Both the position numbers and the translations under genes were made by a program. A stretch of DNA of 64,000 nucleotides. It comes from Candidatus Multivoradales bacterium. GTDB lineage: Bacteria > Acidobacteriota > Thermoanaerobaculia > Multivoradales > JAHEKO01. Positions 38,313 to 48,077 of this stretch are shown piece by piece. Where the stretch lies: assembly GCA_965223155.1 (NCBI GenBank), contig CBDCVR010000014.1:480001-544000 (forward strand). Reading direction: 5' to 3'. Each line of letters opens with the position of its first letter. Position 1 is the stretch's first letter. The notes below the pieces were generated by a model. That model worked only from the letters and a program-made list of their open reading frames with translations. It made no database searches and was not told the origin of the DNA.

Positions 38313-41030
38313 TTGTCCGAGAACGACCTGACCGGCAAGACGTTCGGCGTGTACCGCATCGAACGGCGCCTGGGCGCCGGCGGCATGGGCGAGGTGTACC
38401 AGGCCCTGGACACCCGTCTCGAGCGTCAGGTCGCCATCAAGTTCCTCCCTGCCGAGGTCGCCGGCGATCCCGACCGGCTGGCCCGATTCGAACGAGAAGC
38501 GCGCGCGATCGCGGCGCTCAATCACCCGAATATCGTCAGCCTGCATTCGATCGAGGAGGCCGGAGGCCTGCGCTTCCTGGTGTTGGAGCTGGTCGAAGGG
38601 GCGACCCTGGACCGGATCCTGGCGGCCGGCCGGCCGTCTCTCGATCGGTTCTTCGAGCTGGCGGTGCCGCTGGCGGACGCAGTCGCCGCGGCCCATGGCA
38701 AGGGTCTCGTGCATCGCGATCTCAAGCCCACCAACATCATGATTACCGAGGCGGGCGAACCCAAGATCCTGGACTTCGGACTCGCCAAGCTCGAGCCGGC
38801 GGCGAAGCCGGACGCGCGCACGGAGACCGCTCGTGACGGCATCACCAGCACCGGCCAGGTACTGGGCACCCTTCCGTACATGGCTCCCGAGCAGTTGCGC
38901 GGCGAGGACGCGGACGCGCGATCGGACATCTTCTCGCTGGGCGCGGTCCTGTACGAGATGGCCACCGGCAGGCGCCCGTTCCGTGGCGCCTCGCGGGCCG
39001 AGCTGGCGAGCGAGATCCTACGGGACGATCCGGCGGGGGCGGACGAGCTTCGTCCGGAGCTGCCCCGCCATCTCGCCCGCCTGCTCCGGCTATGCCTCAA
39101 GAAGCAGCCCGAAGACCGGCTCCAGGCGGCCCTCGACCTGCGCAACGAACTGCGTGAGCTCGCCGACGAAGCCGTCCCCGTTACCGCCGCGGCGACTCCG
39201 CCTCCGGAGGCCGGCACGACCCGGCCCGCCGGCCCGCCGTTGCTTTGGATCGGGTTCGCGGCACTGGCGTTGATCGCGGCGCTCGCGGCCTACTGGAGCT
39301 CGAGGCCGCCCGAGCCCAGCTCACAGGCGACCCAGGCACAGACGGCGGTCGCCCCGCGGTCGGCTCCGGTTCTGTCCCCGCTGACCTTCGGCGCCGAGCT
39401 GGAAGAGTGGCCGGCTTGGTCTCCGGACGGCCGATCGATTGTCTACTCGGCCGAGATCGACGGCTTCAAGAACTTGTTCCTGCGCGACCTGGATCGCCAG
39501 GAGACCCGGCGCCTCACCGAGGGAAGCCGAGACGACCTCCAGGCGGCCTGGTCTCCCGACGGCACAGAGCTCCTGTTCGTCCGCTCGAAGCAAGAGGGGC
39601 AGCACCTGATTCCGAGCGACGTCTACGGCTACTACTCCGACGGCGACGTCTGGCGTCTGGAGCTCGAGAGCGGCCGGGAGGTTCGCGTCCTGGAGGATGC
39701 GGTCCACCCCTCGTACTCCGCCGACGGCGCCGCCCTGCTCTTTGACGCCGACTGGGCCGGCCCCCGCCGGATCTGGACCGCTGATCCCAGCGGCCGCAAT
39801 CCGCGCCAGCTCACCACCGATCGCAGCGAAGAGGTCCTGCACACCGCTCCGCGCTTTTCACCCGACGGCAGCCAGGTGGCGTTTCGGATCCTGGCCACGA
39901 CCGGGTCGGACCTGGCGCTGGCCGAAACCCGAACCGGTGAGTACCGGCGGTTGACCGCGGACGACTACATCGACCTTCAGCCGGCCTGGGACCCCTCCGG
40001 AAAGTCCCTGTACTTCCCCTCGTACCGGGGCGGCGGCATGAACATCTGGCGCCTGGGTTTGGACACCGAGGGCGGCCAGCCGGCGCCGCCGGAGCAGATC
40101 ACCACTGGCGCCGGCCAGGACGTCCAGGTAGCGGTCGGACCCGACGGCCGGCGCCTGGCCTTCGCGGTACAGCAGCTCAACACCGACCTGTGGCTCTTGC
40201 CGATGGATCCGGCTAGCGCGCAGCCCCGCGGTGAAGCCCGGCCACTAGTCGCCACCTCGCGTGAGGAAAGTCGCGCCGCCTGGTTCCCCGATTCCGCATC
40301 GATCGTCTTCAACTCGGATCGCGACGGAGACATGAATCTCTACTCCCAAACGCTGCACGGAGAACCCGCGGTGCGGCGCTCGCGCGGCCAGGGGGGCGAC
40401 TACCAGGCCCAGGTCGACCCGACCGGAGAGCGCCTGGTCTTCTTTTCGTCCCGCTCGGGCAACGTGGACATCTGGACGACGAACCTGGACGGCGAACCGA
40501 CTCGCCTTACGCAGGACCCGGCCCTCGACCTCAACCCGTTCTTCTCCCCGAACGGTGAGCGGATCGCCTTTATGAGCGACCGCTCCGGACGGCTCGAGGT
40601 CTGGGTCATGAACGCGGACGGAACCCAGCCCGTTCAGCTCACCTCGATCGGCGCCAAGTCGCACTTTCTGCGTTGGTCTCGGGACGGCGAATCGGTCCTT
40701 TTCACCAACGACTACTCCACCGATCCCTTCAAGAGCGGCAACAACGTCTTCCGGATACCCACGAGCGGAGGCCAGCCGGTGGCTACCGAGCAGGTCGGCT
40801 CCGGCGCGCACATGTCGCTCGACCCCGTCGAGCGGTCCATCCTGGACGTCCTCGGGCATCGCGCTCTGTGGATCTACCCCCTGGAAGGCTCGGCACCCTA
40901 CGAGATCTATCGCGATCCCGACCCCGACATTCGGATCGACTATCCGTCCTGGTCACCTGATGGCCGCTGGGTCGTCTTTGACCGGGTGGCAGCGGGCGGC
41001 GGCGACCTCTGGTTGCTGACCTTCGACTGA
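38313..41030 (+). CDS. Ser/Thr protein kinase with TM helix and TolB/PD40 beta-propellers
   Basis: GAGGMG, HRDLKPTN, DFGLAK, GTLPYMAPE, a TM helix and many WSPDG repeats. TTG start lies 7 nt after TATAAT. Confidence 0.92.
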   Translation: MSENDLTGKTFGVYRIERRLGAGGMGEVYQALDTRLERQVAIKFLPAEVAGDPDRLARFEREARAIAALNHPNIVSLHSIEEAGGLRFLVLELVEGATLDRILAAGRPSLDRFFELAVPLADAVAAAHGKGLVHRDLKPTNIMITEAGEPKILDFGLAKLEPAAKPDARTETARDGITSTGQVLGTLPYMAPEQLRGEDADARSDIFSLGAVLYEMATGRRPFRGASRAELASEILRDDPAGADELRPELPRHLARLLRLCLKKQPEDRLQAALDLRNELRELADEAVPVTAAATPPPEAGTTRPAGPPLLWIGFAALALIAALAAYWSSRPPEPSSQATQAQTAVAPRSAPVLSPLTFGAELEEWPAWSPDGRSIVYSAEIDGFKNLFLRDLDRQETRRLTEGSRDDLQAAWSPDGTELLFVRSKQEGQHLIPSDVYGYYSDGDVWRLELESGREVRVLEDAVHPSYSADGAALLFDADWAGPRRIWTADPSGRNPRQLTTDRSEEVLHTAPRFSPDGSQVAFRILATTGSDLALAETRTGEYRRLTADDYIDLQPAWDPSGKSLYFPSYRGGGMNIWRLGLDTEGGQPAPPEQITTGAGQDVQVAVGPDGRRLAFAVQQLNTDLWLLPMDPASAQPRGEARPLVATSREESRAAWFPDSASIVFNSDRDGDMNLYSQTLHGEPAVRRSRGQGGDYQAQVDPTGERLVFFSSRSGNVDIWTTNLDGEPTRLTQDPALDLNPFFSPNGERIAFMSDRSGRLEVWVMNADGTQPVQLTSIGAKSHFLRWSRDGESVLFTNDYSTDPFKSGNNVFRIPTSGGQPVATEQVGSGAHMSLDPVERSILDVLGHRALWIYPLEGSAPYEIYRDPDPDIRIDYPSWSPDGRWVVFDRVAAGGGDLWLLTFD

Positions 41031-41122
41031 GGCCAATCTCGACCGGGCCTGCGATATCCTCCACGGTCCACGCTGGTGGCCAAGATCGCCGGCAAGCCCA
41101 AACGAAACGTAAGGAGTAGAAG

Positions 41123-41569
41123 ATGCCCGTACGAAGTGCCGAGGCGCGCTGGGAAGGCAGCCTCAAGGACGGTAGCGGAACGATGAAGATGGAAAGCGGA
41201 GCCTACGAGGGCAAGTACTCGTTCGGCTCACGCTTCGAACAAGAGCCGGGGACGAATCCCGAGGAGCTGATCGCGGCGGCCCATGCCGGTTGCTTTTCGA
41301 TGGCGTTGACCGCGGGCCTGGGCCGCGACGGCTACGATCCTCAGAGTGTCGAGACCTCGGCCCGAGTACACCTCGACAAGGGCGAGGCCGGCTTTGCGAT
41401 CACCCGGATCGAGCTGACTACCCACGCCGTGGTGCCGGGGATCGACGAGGACACCTTCCAGGCTCAGGCCCACGGCGCCAAGGCGAATTGCCCGGTGTCG
41501 AAAGCCCTGGCAGGCGCCGAGATCACCCTCGACGCGGCCCTGGTCGAGGCTTCGGGCGAAGAAGAGTAG
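41123..41569 (+). CDS. osmC: OsmC family peroxiredoxin
   Basis: TAAGGAG RBS. AEARWEG, GTNPEELIAAAHAGCFSMAL, CPVSKAL. Confidence 0.95.
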   Translation: MPVRSAEARWEGSLKDGSGTMKMESGAYEGKYSFGSRFEQEPGTNPEELIAAAHAGCFSMALTAGLGRDGYDPQSVETSARVHLDKGEAGFAITRIELTTHAVVPGIDEDTFQAQAHGAKANCPVSKALAGAEITLDAALVEASGEEE

Positions 41570-41611
41570 CCCGCAAGGCATCTTGCGGCGGCCCGAACGG
41601 GCCCATATCGA

Positions 41612-41640
41612 GGAAGGCCGGCCCTGAGAGCCGGCCTTCC
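41612..41640. terminator. Hairpin between convergent osmC and DUF4412-like genes
   Basis: GGAAGGCCGGC-cctgaga-GCCGGCCTTCC followed by GTTTGT. Confidence 0.7.
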
Positions 41641-41690
41641 GTTTGTCTCGAGCCCGGGAACGCCGGAGCTAGCCTGGGCTTCTCAGCGAG

Positions 41691-42626
41691 TTACCGCCCG
41701 CCGTCCTTCTTGCGCAGCTTCCGCAGGCGCTTCAGCATGCCGCCCTTTTCGTCCTCCTCTTCCTCCTCGTCGGCGGCCGCTTCCTCGTCACCGTCCCGCA
41801 TGGCGCCCAACTCACCCAGGTCCGGCATCAGATCCACCCTGGTGTAGGTCGGGTCGATCGAGAACATGGCTCTCGAGATCGGCTGCTCCTCGAGCAGCGT
41901 CACCTCGGTGGTCGAGACCATGTCCATGGTCCGGCGCTTCTTGTTGGTCCCCTGAGTCCGGGTCCGCTGGACGCTCTTCAGGGGAAAGCCGGTCATTTTC
42001 GAAAACTCGCCTTCCATGAGCTGATCCACGGGCTCGAATCCGGTCTTCTTGGGTAGCTTCTGCAGCCACACGTCGAAGCCGCTGCTGTCGAGATCCTGGG
42101 TCGTCCACATCTCGCTCTCGATCACGTAGTCATCGGAACGCTTCATGCCCAGGACACCGATCGACATGGTGTACGACGTCCGGTAGGTGTAGTGCGTCGT
42201 GGAATAGCCGTGCAGGCGGCCGCCGTCCTGTTCGGAGATCTTCTCGACCTGGTGGTCGCTGACCTCCATGTTCATGACGCCGGTGTCGGCAAGCTCTCCG
42301 AGCGCACCTACGATCTGGGACAGATCGAACTCCGAGTAGGTCTTCGCCGTGGTATCCACGAGATAGACCACCGCAGACTCCGGATCGGTCACCACCAGGT
42401 ACTTGCCTTCCCCGAAAAACGGGCTAGCGTCCTCCGCGGACGCGTCGGTAAAGACGACCTTGGTCATTCCGCCGTCAACCCAGCCTTCGACTTCCATGGT
42501 CGATTCGCTTGCCTGACCCATGCCAGTGCCGGTGGTCGTGGTGACGGCTTTGTAGTGGTAACCCGCCCAGGCCGGCACGGCCAGCAGGGTCAAGGCGGCG
42601 AGCAGCAGAAAACGTCGTGCAAACAT
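41691..42626 (-). CDS. Secreted protein, DUF4412-like
   Basis: AAGGAGG RBS. Signal peptide ends AWA. VYLVDTTAKTY, GYSTTHY, MWTT, GFPLKS, MFSIDPTY pattern. Acidic then basic tail. Confidence 0.7.
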   Translation of the reverse strand: MFARRFLLLAALTLLAVPAWAGYHYKAVTTTTGTGMGQASESTMEVEGWVDGGMTKVVFTDASAEDASPFFGEGKYLVVTDPESAVVYLVDTTAKTYSEFDLSQIVGALGELADTGVMNMEVSDHQVEKISEQDGGRLHGYSTTHYTYRTSYTMSIGVLGMKRSDDYVIESEMWTTQDLDSSGFDVWLQKLPKKTGFEPVDQLMEGEFSKMTGFPLKSVQRTRTQGTNKKRRTMDMVSTTEVTLLEEQPISRAMFSIDPTYTRVDLMPDLGELGAMRDGDEEAAADEEEEEDEKGGMLKRLRKLRKKDGGR

Positions 42627-42783
42627 CGGAGGCCCTCCTTCGGTGGACCGCAAGCTTACCGGAGCGACCGGCGAACCCGGAAACTTCTCCCGCTCACCAC
42701 CCGATAGCCGGCGATCGGCCAGCAACCGCCGCGGTCGGACGGTTCGGCGACTGGCCTACTTCGCCCGCGGTTCTCCTACGGGC

Positions 42784-42835
42784 CCGTTGGAGGCTATTGG
42801 AACCCACTGGAGCCTACCGGAGAGCCTACTGGAGC
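42784..42835 (-). repeat. Degenerate 10-bp tandem repeat copying the last codons and stop of the DUF5916 gene
   Basis: ccgttggagg/ctattggaac/ccactggagc/ctaccggaga/gc/ctactggagc on the + strand. Confidence 0.65.
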
Positions 42836-45066
42836 CAGGCGTAGCCGAGCTTCAAGAACAGCGTCCTGTTGGCCTGGGTCAGGTCGATCAGCCGCGAACC
42901 CAGACGGTTGTCCGAATAGCCGACGAAGAGCAGGGTTTGCGGATTGACCTTATAGGACACCAGGAACTGGGTGAACAAGCGCTCGCTCTCGGGACTGACC
43001 GGGCTCGTAAACAGAGCCGGATTGCGCTCGATGTCGGTGAACTGGAAGATCGCCCTGGCGAACATCCGAACGTTGAAGTTGTAGACGAAGCGAAGCTGGC
43101 TCAGATCGGCCTCGAAGAGCTCGCCGCCCTCGACGTCCAGAGCCTGGCGCGTGTGGTCCAGCTTGATGTTGATGTGGCGGCCGATCTTGGCCTCGACGGC
43201 CGGCACCAGGACTGTCTGATCCGCTTGCTGGTTGTTGCTGAAATCGACGGCGTCACCCAGGTTGGCGAAGAGCGAGAACTCGACCGCCCCGGTGGGCTGA
43301 AACTCACCGTAGAACTGCATCTGATCCAGGTCTTCGTAGAGGACGCCGCCGAAAAATTCCTTGTTGCGCTCGAGCGAGATCTCGGCGAACGACTGCAGCG
43401 GCCCGGACACGTTGGCGAAGATATCGACTCCCTGCTCGGTCAGCCGCCCCGAGTGATCCTCGGACCGCTCGGTGAAGACACCAACGTCGACCCGGTTCCA
43501 CCAGTCTCCCTCGCCGCCACGGAAGCGGCGGATCAAGGTTCCGGTAGCGCGCTCGACGTCGACCTGGGTGATGAAGCCGCTGTCGGCCCGGAAGTCGGGG
43601 TCGAGACTCCTGTAGCTGGTGAACCACAGCCACTTGCGGGCGGCATGGTCGTAGTTGATCCGAAAGGCGTCGCCTTCGAAGCCGTCGGGACTTTGGCCGA
43701 AGGTCGCCGCCACTCCGCCCGGATACCGTGTGTCGGAGCGCAGGTACTGAAACTCGATCGTGTCGGTGTCGCCGAGACGGAAGAAGCCGTCCACACCGCC
43801 CACCCGGTTGTGGTATCCGTCGCCCTCGCGGCCGGTAAAGAGCACTCCCAGAGTCGAGTTCTTGCCGATGTCCCGCCGGTAGCGCAGCACCGAGGCCGTC
43901 ACCTCATCATCCACGAAAGCCAGATTGGAGCCCTGATTCGACGGCAGCAGCAGGCTGTTGACCTCGTCTTCGGCCACGAAGACGCCGTAGCCGTTCTTGC
44001 CCGACTTGCTGGTGAGCTTGAGCCCCCACTTGGGGTCCACCACCGAGCGGGTGAAGACCGCCCGGAACGGCGTGGCGAAGAAATCCACCCCTTCCAGAAA
44101 GAACGGACGCTTCTCCGGGAAAAAGAGCGCGAAGCGCTCGTTGACGTCGAGTTGAGCGACGTCGGCCTCCACCTGGGAGAAGTCCGGATTGATGGTGGCG
44201 TTCAAGGATACGTTGGGAGTAATGCCCCAGCGCATGCTGACGCCCGGCTCGAAGTCTTCGCCGCCATCGACAAAGTCCCCGTCCGGAAACTCCTCGCGCA
44301 CGTCGGTTCGGCTGACCGTCAGGGTCGGGTCGAACTCCAGATTCCGTCCCGACTCGAGGCCTTCGAACCCGGTCACTTTGTCGACCTGGCACAGAAGGCA
44401 CGAGCGGTCCCGGTCCCGGAGGTTGGCGGCGATCCGGTGCCGGTTGCTGCGGGGATACGAGCGCCCCAGCTCGACGCCCCACGTCTGCACGCCATCGGTC
44501 CTCGGGAAGCGGAGCTGTTTGAACGGCAGGGCGATCTCGACCGCGTAGCCCCAGGAGGTGATCTGGCCGGCCGAGTCCCAGATGATGTCCCAGGAAAAGT
44601 CCTCGATGCCGTCGACCTCGCTGAAGATGGCGTCCGCTTGGACGCCCAACGGATTGATCCGGAACTGCACCGCCCGGCGCTCGTCGTTGAAGGTGTCGAT
44701 CATGACCGTGACGTGATCGTCCTGGACGAAGGTCGCGATCTGGTCGCGGTCCATGAGATGCGCGCGAATCTGGCCGGGCTCCGGGTCCTCGGCCCGAAAC
44801 GCGATGTAGAGGTGCTCCGTGTCGTAGGTGAGAAGCGCGGTGGTGGCCACCGGCGGCTCGGCGTTGTCTCCGGGCGACCATTCGTAGCGCAGCGGAATCG
44901 CCAATGCCGAGTCCCATGCGGCTTCGTCGAGGGCGCCATCCACCCGGATCTCGGAAGCGGCTCGGCCGATCTCGAACGGTTCTCCGGTCTCGGCGCCGTG
45001 GGCGGCACTCGCCCAAGAGGCCACCAGCACGCACAAGGATGCCTGCACAAAGTTCACTCGACCCAC
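42826..45066 (-). CDS. CBM9-like + DUF5916 outer-membrane protein
   Basis: AAGGAGG RBS and signal peptide. IRVDGALDEAAW, TINPDFSQVEAD, FFPEKRPFFLEG. Barrel-type end FLKLGYAW. Confidence 0.88.
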   Translation of the reverse strand: MGRVNFVQASLCVLVASWASAAHGAETGEPFEIGRAASEIRVDGALDEAAWDSALAIPLRYEWSPGDNAEPPVATTALLTYDTEHLYIAFRAEDPEPGQIRAHLMDRDQIATFVQDDHVTVMIDTFNDERRAVQFRINPLGVQADAIFSEVDGIEDFSWDIIWDSAGQITSWGYAVEIALPFKQLRFPRTDGVQTWGVELGRSYPRSNRHRIAANLRDRDRSCLLCQVDKVTGFEGLESGRNLEFDPTLTVSRTDVREEFPDGDFVDGGEDFEPGVSMRWGITPNVSLNATINPDFSQVEADVAQLDVNERFALFFPEKRPFFLEGVDFFATPFRAVFTRSVVDPKWGLKLTSKSGKNGYGVFVAEDEVNSLLLPSNQGSNLAFVDDEVTASVLRYRRDIGKNSTLGVLFTGREGDGYHNRVGGVDGFFRLGDTDTIEFQYLRSDTRYPGGVAATFGQSPDGFEGDAFRINYDHAARKWLWFTSYRSLDPDFRADSGFITQVDVERATGTLIRRFRGGEGDWWNRVDVGVFTERSEDHSGRLTEQGVDIFANVSGPLQSFAEISLERNKEFFGGVLYEDLDQMQFYGEFQPTGAVEFSLFANLGDAVDFSNNQQADQTVLVPAVEAKIGRHINIKLDHTRQALDVEGGELFEADLSQLRFVYNFNVRMFARAIFQFTDIERNPALFTSPVSPESERLFTQFLVSYKVNPQTLLFVGYSDNRLGSRLIDLTQANRTLFLKLGYAWLQ

Positions 45067-45168
45067 GAAGAACCTCCTTTCGCTTCCGGCTGCCGACTAC
45101 TACGGTAGCGGAATCGCAGGGTTTCCATCGAACGGCCGTCCCGCGGCGGAGCTAGAATACGACTCTCC

Positions 45169-46173
45169 ATGCTCGTTGGACGCCGATTGGAGCTCCTCAC
45201 GGCTCTCGCCCTCCTAGCCGTACCCGCGGCCGCCGAGGACTCCTACGAGCTCTGGTACTCGGTGACCTCCCGGGTCCGGAGCGTTCGCGTCAACGCCGAT
45301 CTCATCGCCGGCGGCAGGCTGCTGATGTCCGCCTCGTCGATGGCCGAGGGCGGCCACCGCCTGGCATTGGAGCGCCCCCTCGAAGAACCCTGGAAGTTCT
45401 TCTGGGTCGATCCTCTGGGTCCGCTCGCATCTCAGGCCAAGCTAGGCGCCGTCGCCACCTTGCCCGAGGGATCCTGGGACGCGCTCAACGCCGCCCGTGA
45501 GCGCATCGCCGCCGTCGGCCGTCGCGAGCACGCCAAGTGGCAGACCACCGCCTACAAGCCCAGGCGGCTGGACGGGACGTTCGCCTTCGTGGTGATCGGC
45601 TCCCCGGACGGCCGCTTCTCGGTCGATATCGGCCCGGAAGGGACGGTGACGGCCCACGAGAACCACCTCACCGACCACTGGTTGCCGGGGCCCTTTTCTC
45701 AGTTTCTGGGTCCCTGGGGCGAGGCCCGCGGCTACTGGTTCTGGAACGCCGGAGAGCGCAAGCCGCCGCCCTGGGAGCCCCACTCCTACCATGGACTCGA
45801 GGCCGCCCTGGAGTTGCTGAAGCTGCCCCTTCCGACCGGCGAGCTGGAGCGCTCGACCGCCGACTGGAGCAAGCTGCGCCGCGGCATCTTGAAGACCCTG
45901 ACCACCCTGGCGCCCAGAACGCGGAAGACCCTGGACCAAAGATCTCTGACCCGCACGGTCCATCTCGACGTGACCGTGACCCGCAACCAGCGGGGCGGCG
46001 TCATCGTCCGGCAGGCCGAGGCCGTGGTGCGCTCGGACGACCTGCGCGTAGTGCGGGAAGAGCGCCACGCTACCGACGGCACACCGCTGTCCGACGTCCT
46101 GAGCGCCCGCTGGGCCCAGCCCCGCTCCTTCATCGAGCTCGAGGTCGGCTACCGCAAGCGGGACCGCCGCTAG
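45169..46173 (+). CDS. Secreted hypothetical protein
   Basis: Signal peptide (LLTALALLAVPAAA). Coding-like codon bias. TAGAAT upstream. No recognisable family. Confidence 0.7.
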   Translation: MLVGRRLELLTALALLAVPAAAEDSYELWYSVTSRVRSVRVNADLIAGGRLLMSASSMAEGGHRLALERPLEEPWKFFWVDPLGPLASQAKLGAVATLPEGSWDALNAARERIAAVGRREHAKWQTTAYKPRRLDGTFAFVVIGSPDGRFSVDIGPEGTVTAHENHLTDHWLPGPFSQFLGPWGEARGYWFWNAGERKPPPWEPHSYHGLEAALELLKLPLPTGELERSTADWSKLRRGILKTLTTLAPRTRKTLDQRSLTRTVHLDVTVTRNQRGGVIVRQAEAVVRSDDLRVVREERHATDGTPLSDVLSARWAQPRSFIELEVGYRKRDRR

Positions 46174-46201
46174 CCCACCGGCCTTACCGGGTCGAAGCAG
46201 C

Positions 46202-47971
46202 ATGCTGGAAACCGTCCTCAACGAGCCACAGCGCCGGATCCTGAGCGCCGAGCGCGGCGTCCTGGCAAAGCTCCAGACGCTCATCGCCGGCACCGACGCT
46301 CCGGCCGCGGCCAGGGAAACCCTGGCCGAAGCCCTGGCCTCTCTGGACGAGTTCTTCCTGCTCGTCGTCGTGGGTGAGTTCAACTCCGGCAAGAGCACTT
46401 TCATCAACGCCCTCCTCGGCGAGCGGCTCCTGGAGGAGGGCGTCACCCCGACCACGAGCCGCATCCACCGCCTGCGCTACGGCGAGGAAGCCTCACGGCG
46501 GACCGACCCTCAAGGCATCGAGGAGGTGACCGCGCCCTTCGAGCTCCTGCGCCGAATCCACGTGGTCGATACGCCCGGCACCAACGCTCTCGACCGCGAG
46601 CATCAGGCGTTGACCGAACGCTTCATCCCCAAGGCCGACCTGGTGCTCTTCGTGACCTCGGCGGACCGGCCGTTCTCCGAGAGCGAGCGCGCCTTCCTCG
46701 CCGACATCCGCGAATGGGGCAAGAAGCTGGTCGTGGTGATCAACAAGATCGATTTCCTCGCCTCGGACGACGACCGGAACAAGGTCGAAGCCTTCGTCCG
46801 CGACAACGCCAGGCGTCTTCTTGGAGCCGAAGGAAACGAAGGCGCCACGCCGACGCTCTTTGCGGTGTCGGCCAAAGCGGCCCTGGAGGCCAAGCTCGGC
46901 GACGACGAAGGCGGACTCGCCGCCAGCGGCTTCCGCGAGCTCGAAACCTTTGTCTCGACGACCTTGGACGAGACCGAACGCATCCGGTTGAAACTCGCCA
47001 ATCCGGTCGGCATCGCCCGACGAATCTGCGACGAGCTCGGCGAGACAGTGAGCAAGCGCCTCGAGCTTCTGGCCGACGACGTCAAGACGCTGGAGTCGAT
47101 CGAGACCCAGCTCGAGCTCTACCAGGAGGATCTGCGCTCCTCGTTTCGGTTTCGCCTCGCCGACGTGGACAACGAGCTCCTGGCCTTCGAGAAGCGCGGC
47201 GTCGAGTTCTTTGACGACACCCTGCGGATCTCCCGTGCCCTGGATCTCATGAACAAGGAGCGCATCCGCGGCGAGTTCGAGCGCAAGGTCATCCAGGAGA
47301 CTCCCAACCGGCTCGAGGAGAAGGTCCAGGAAGTGATCGACTGGATGATCTCGGCCGAGCTGGAACAGTGGCAGGAGGTCTCGGCCCGCATCGAACGCCG
47401 CCGCCGGAGCCACGAGGGCGCCGACCAGGCCATCGGCGAGCTGGGCCGCTTCGAGTACAACCGGGCCGAGCTTTTGAAGACGGTAGGCCGGGCGGCCCGC
47501 AGCTCGATCGAGAGCTTCGATCAGCGCGGTGAGGCCAAGCGCCTGGCCGACTCGGTCCACACCGCCATCGCCGGCACCGCCATCGTCGAGGCCAGCGCGG
47601 TCGGCCTGGGCACCATCTTTACCGTGCTGGCGACCACCCAGGTCGCCGACATCACCGGCATCCTGGCGGCTTCGGCGATCGCGGTCGTGGGCTTCTTCAT
47701 CCTGCCGGCGCGCCGGAAGAAGGCCAAGGTCGAGCTCAAGAACAAGATCGTCACGCTGCGCAACAAGCTGATGGATGGCCTGGCCGAACAGTTCGACCGC
47801 GAGGTCGAGCGCAGTAGCCAGCGCGTCCTGGAAGCCATCGCGCCCTACTCCCGGTTCGTCCGGGGCGAAGGCACGACCCTCCGGACCCTTGAGATCGGCC
47901 TCCGGGAAGTGGCCGGCGAGCTGGACGAGCTCGACGCCGAGATCCAAACACTCGGAACCGAGGCTTTGTAA
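46202..47971 (+). CDS. Bacterial dynamin-like GTPase (FZL/Fzo-like)
   Basis: GEFNSGKS, GVTPTT, DTPG, NKID. Helical stalk and a two-helix hydrophobic paddle near the C-terminus. Confidence 0.9.
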   Translation: MLETVLNEPQRRILSAERGVLAKLQTLIAGTDAPAAARETLAEALASLDEFFLLVVVGEFNSGKSTFINALLGERLLEEGVTPTTSRIHRLRYGEEASRRTDPQGIEEVTAPFELLRRIHVVDTPGTNALDREHQALTERFIPKADLVLFVTSADRPFSESERAFLADIREWGKKLVVVINKIDFLASDDDRNKVEAFVRDNARRLLGAEGNEGATPTLFAVSAKAALEAKLGDDEGGLAASGFRELETFVSTTLDETERIRLKLANPVGIARRICDELGETVSKRLELLADDVKTLESIETQLELYQEDLRSSFRFRLADVDNELLAFEKRGVEFFDDTLRISRALDLMNKERIRGEFERKVIQETPNRLEEKVQEVIDWMISAELEQWQEVSARIERRRRSHEGADQAIGELGRFEYNRAELLKTVGRAARSSIESFDQRGEAKRLADSVHTAIAGTAIVEASAVGLGTIFTVLATTQVADITGILAASAIAVVGFFILPARRKKAKVELKNKIVTLRNKLMDGLAEQFDREVERSSQRVLEAIAPYSRFVRGEGTTLRTLEIGLREVAGELDELDAEIQTLGTEAL

Positions 47972-48001
47972 GCCGAGGCGGGGCGCGAAGATTTCTATCC
48001 G

Positions 48002-48031
48002 AAAAAAAAGCCGCCCTCCGCCGAGGGCGGC
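48002..48031 (-). terminator. Rho-independent terminator of the metalloprotease gene
   Basis: Minus strand GCCGCCCTC-ggcg-GAGGGCGGC followed by T8. Confidence 0.9.
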
Positions 48032-48077
48032 CGGTGCTTCGATGTCTCGAACGATTCAGGGCCCGGGCATCGAGCGC

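Noticed and set aside
42643-45108. 821-aa plus-strand ORF, and similar long ORFs at 3018-4931, 31707-33482, 34976-36862, 46493-47947 and 56145-57845
   Set aside because: These are antisense shadows of well-supported genes. High GC3 codon bias removes stops on the opposite strand, and they contain no motifs.
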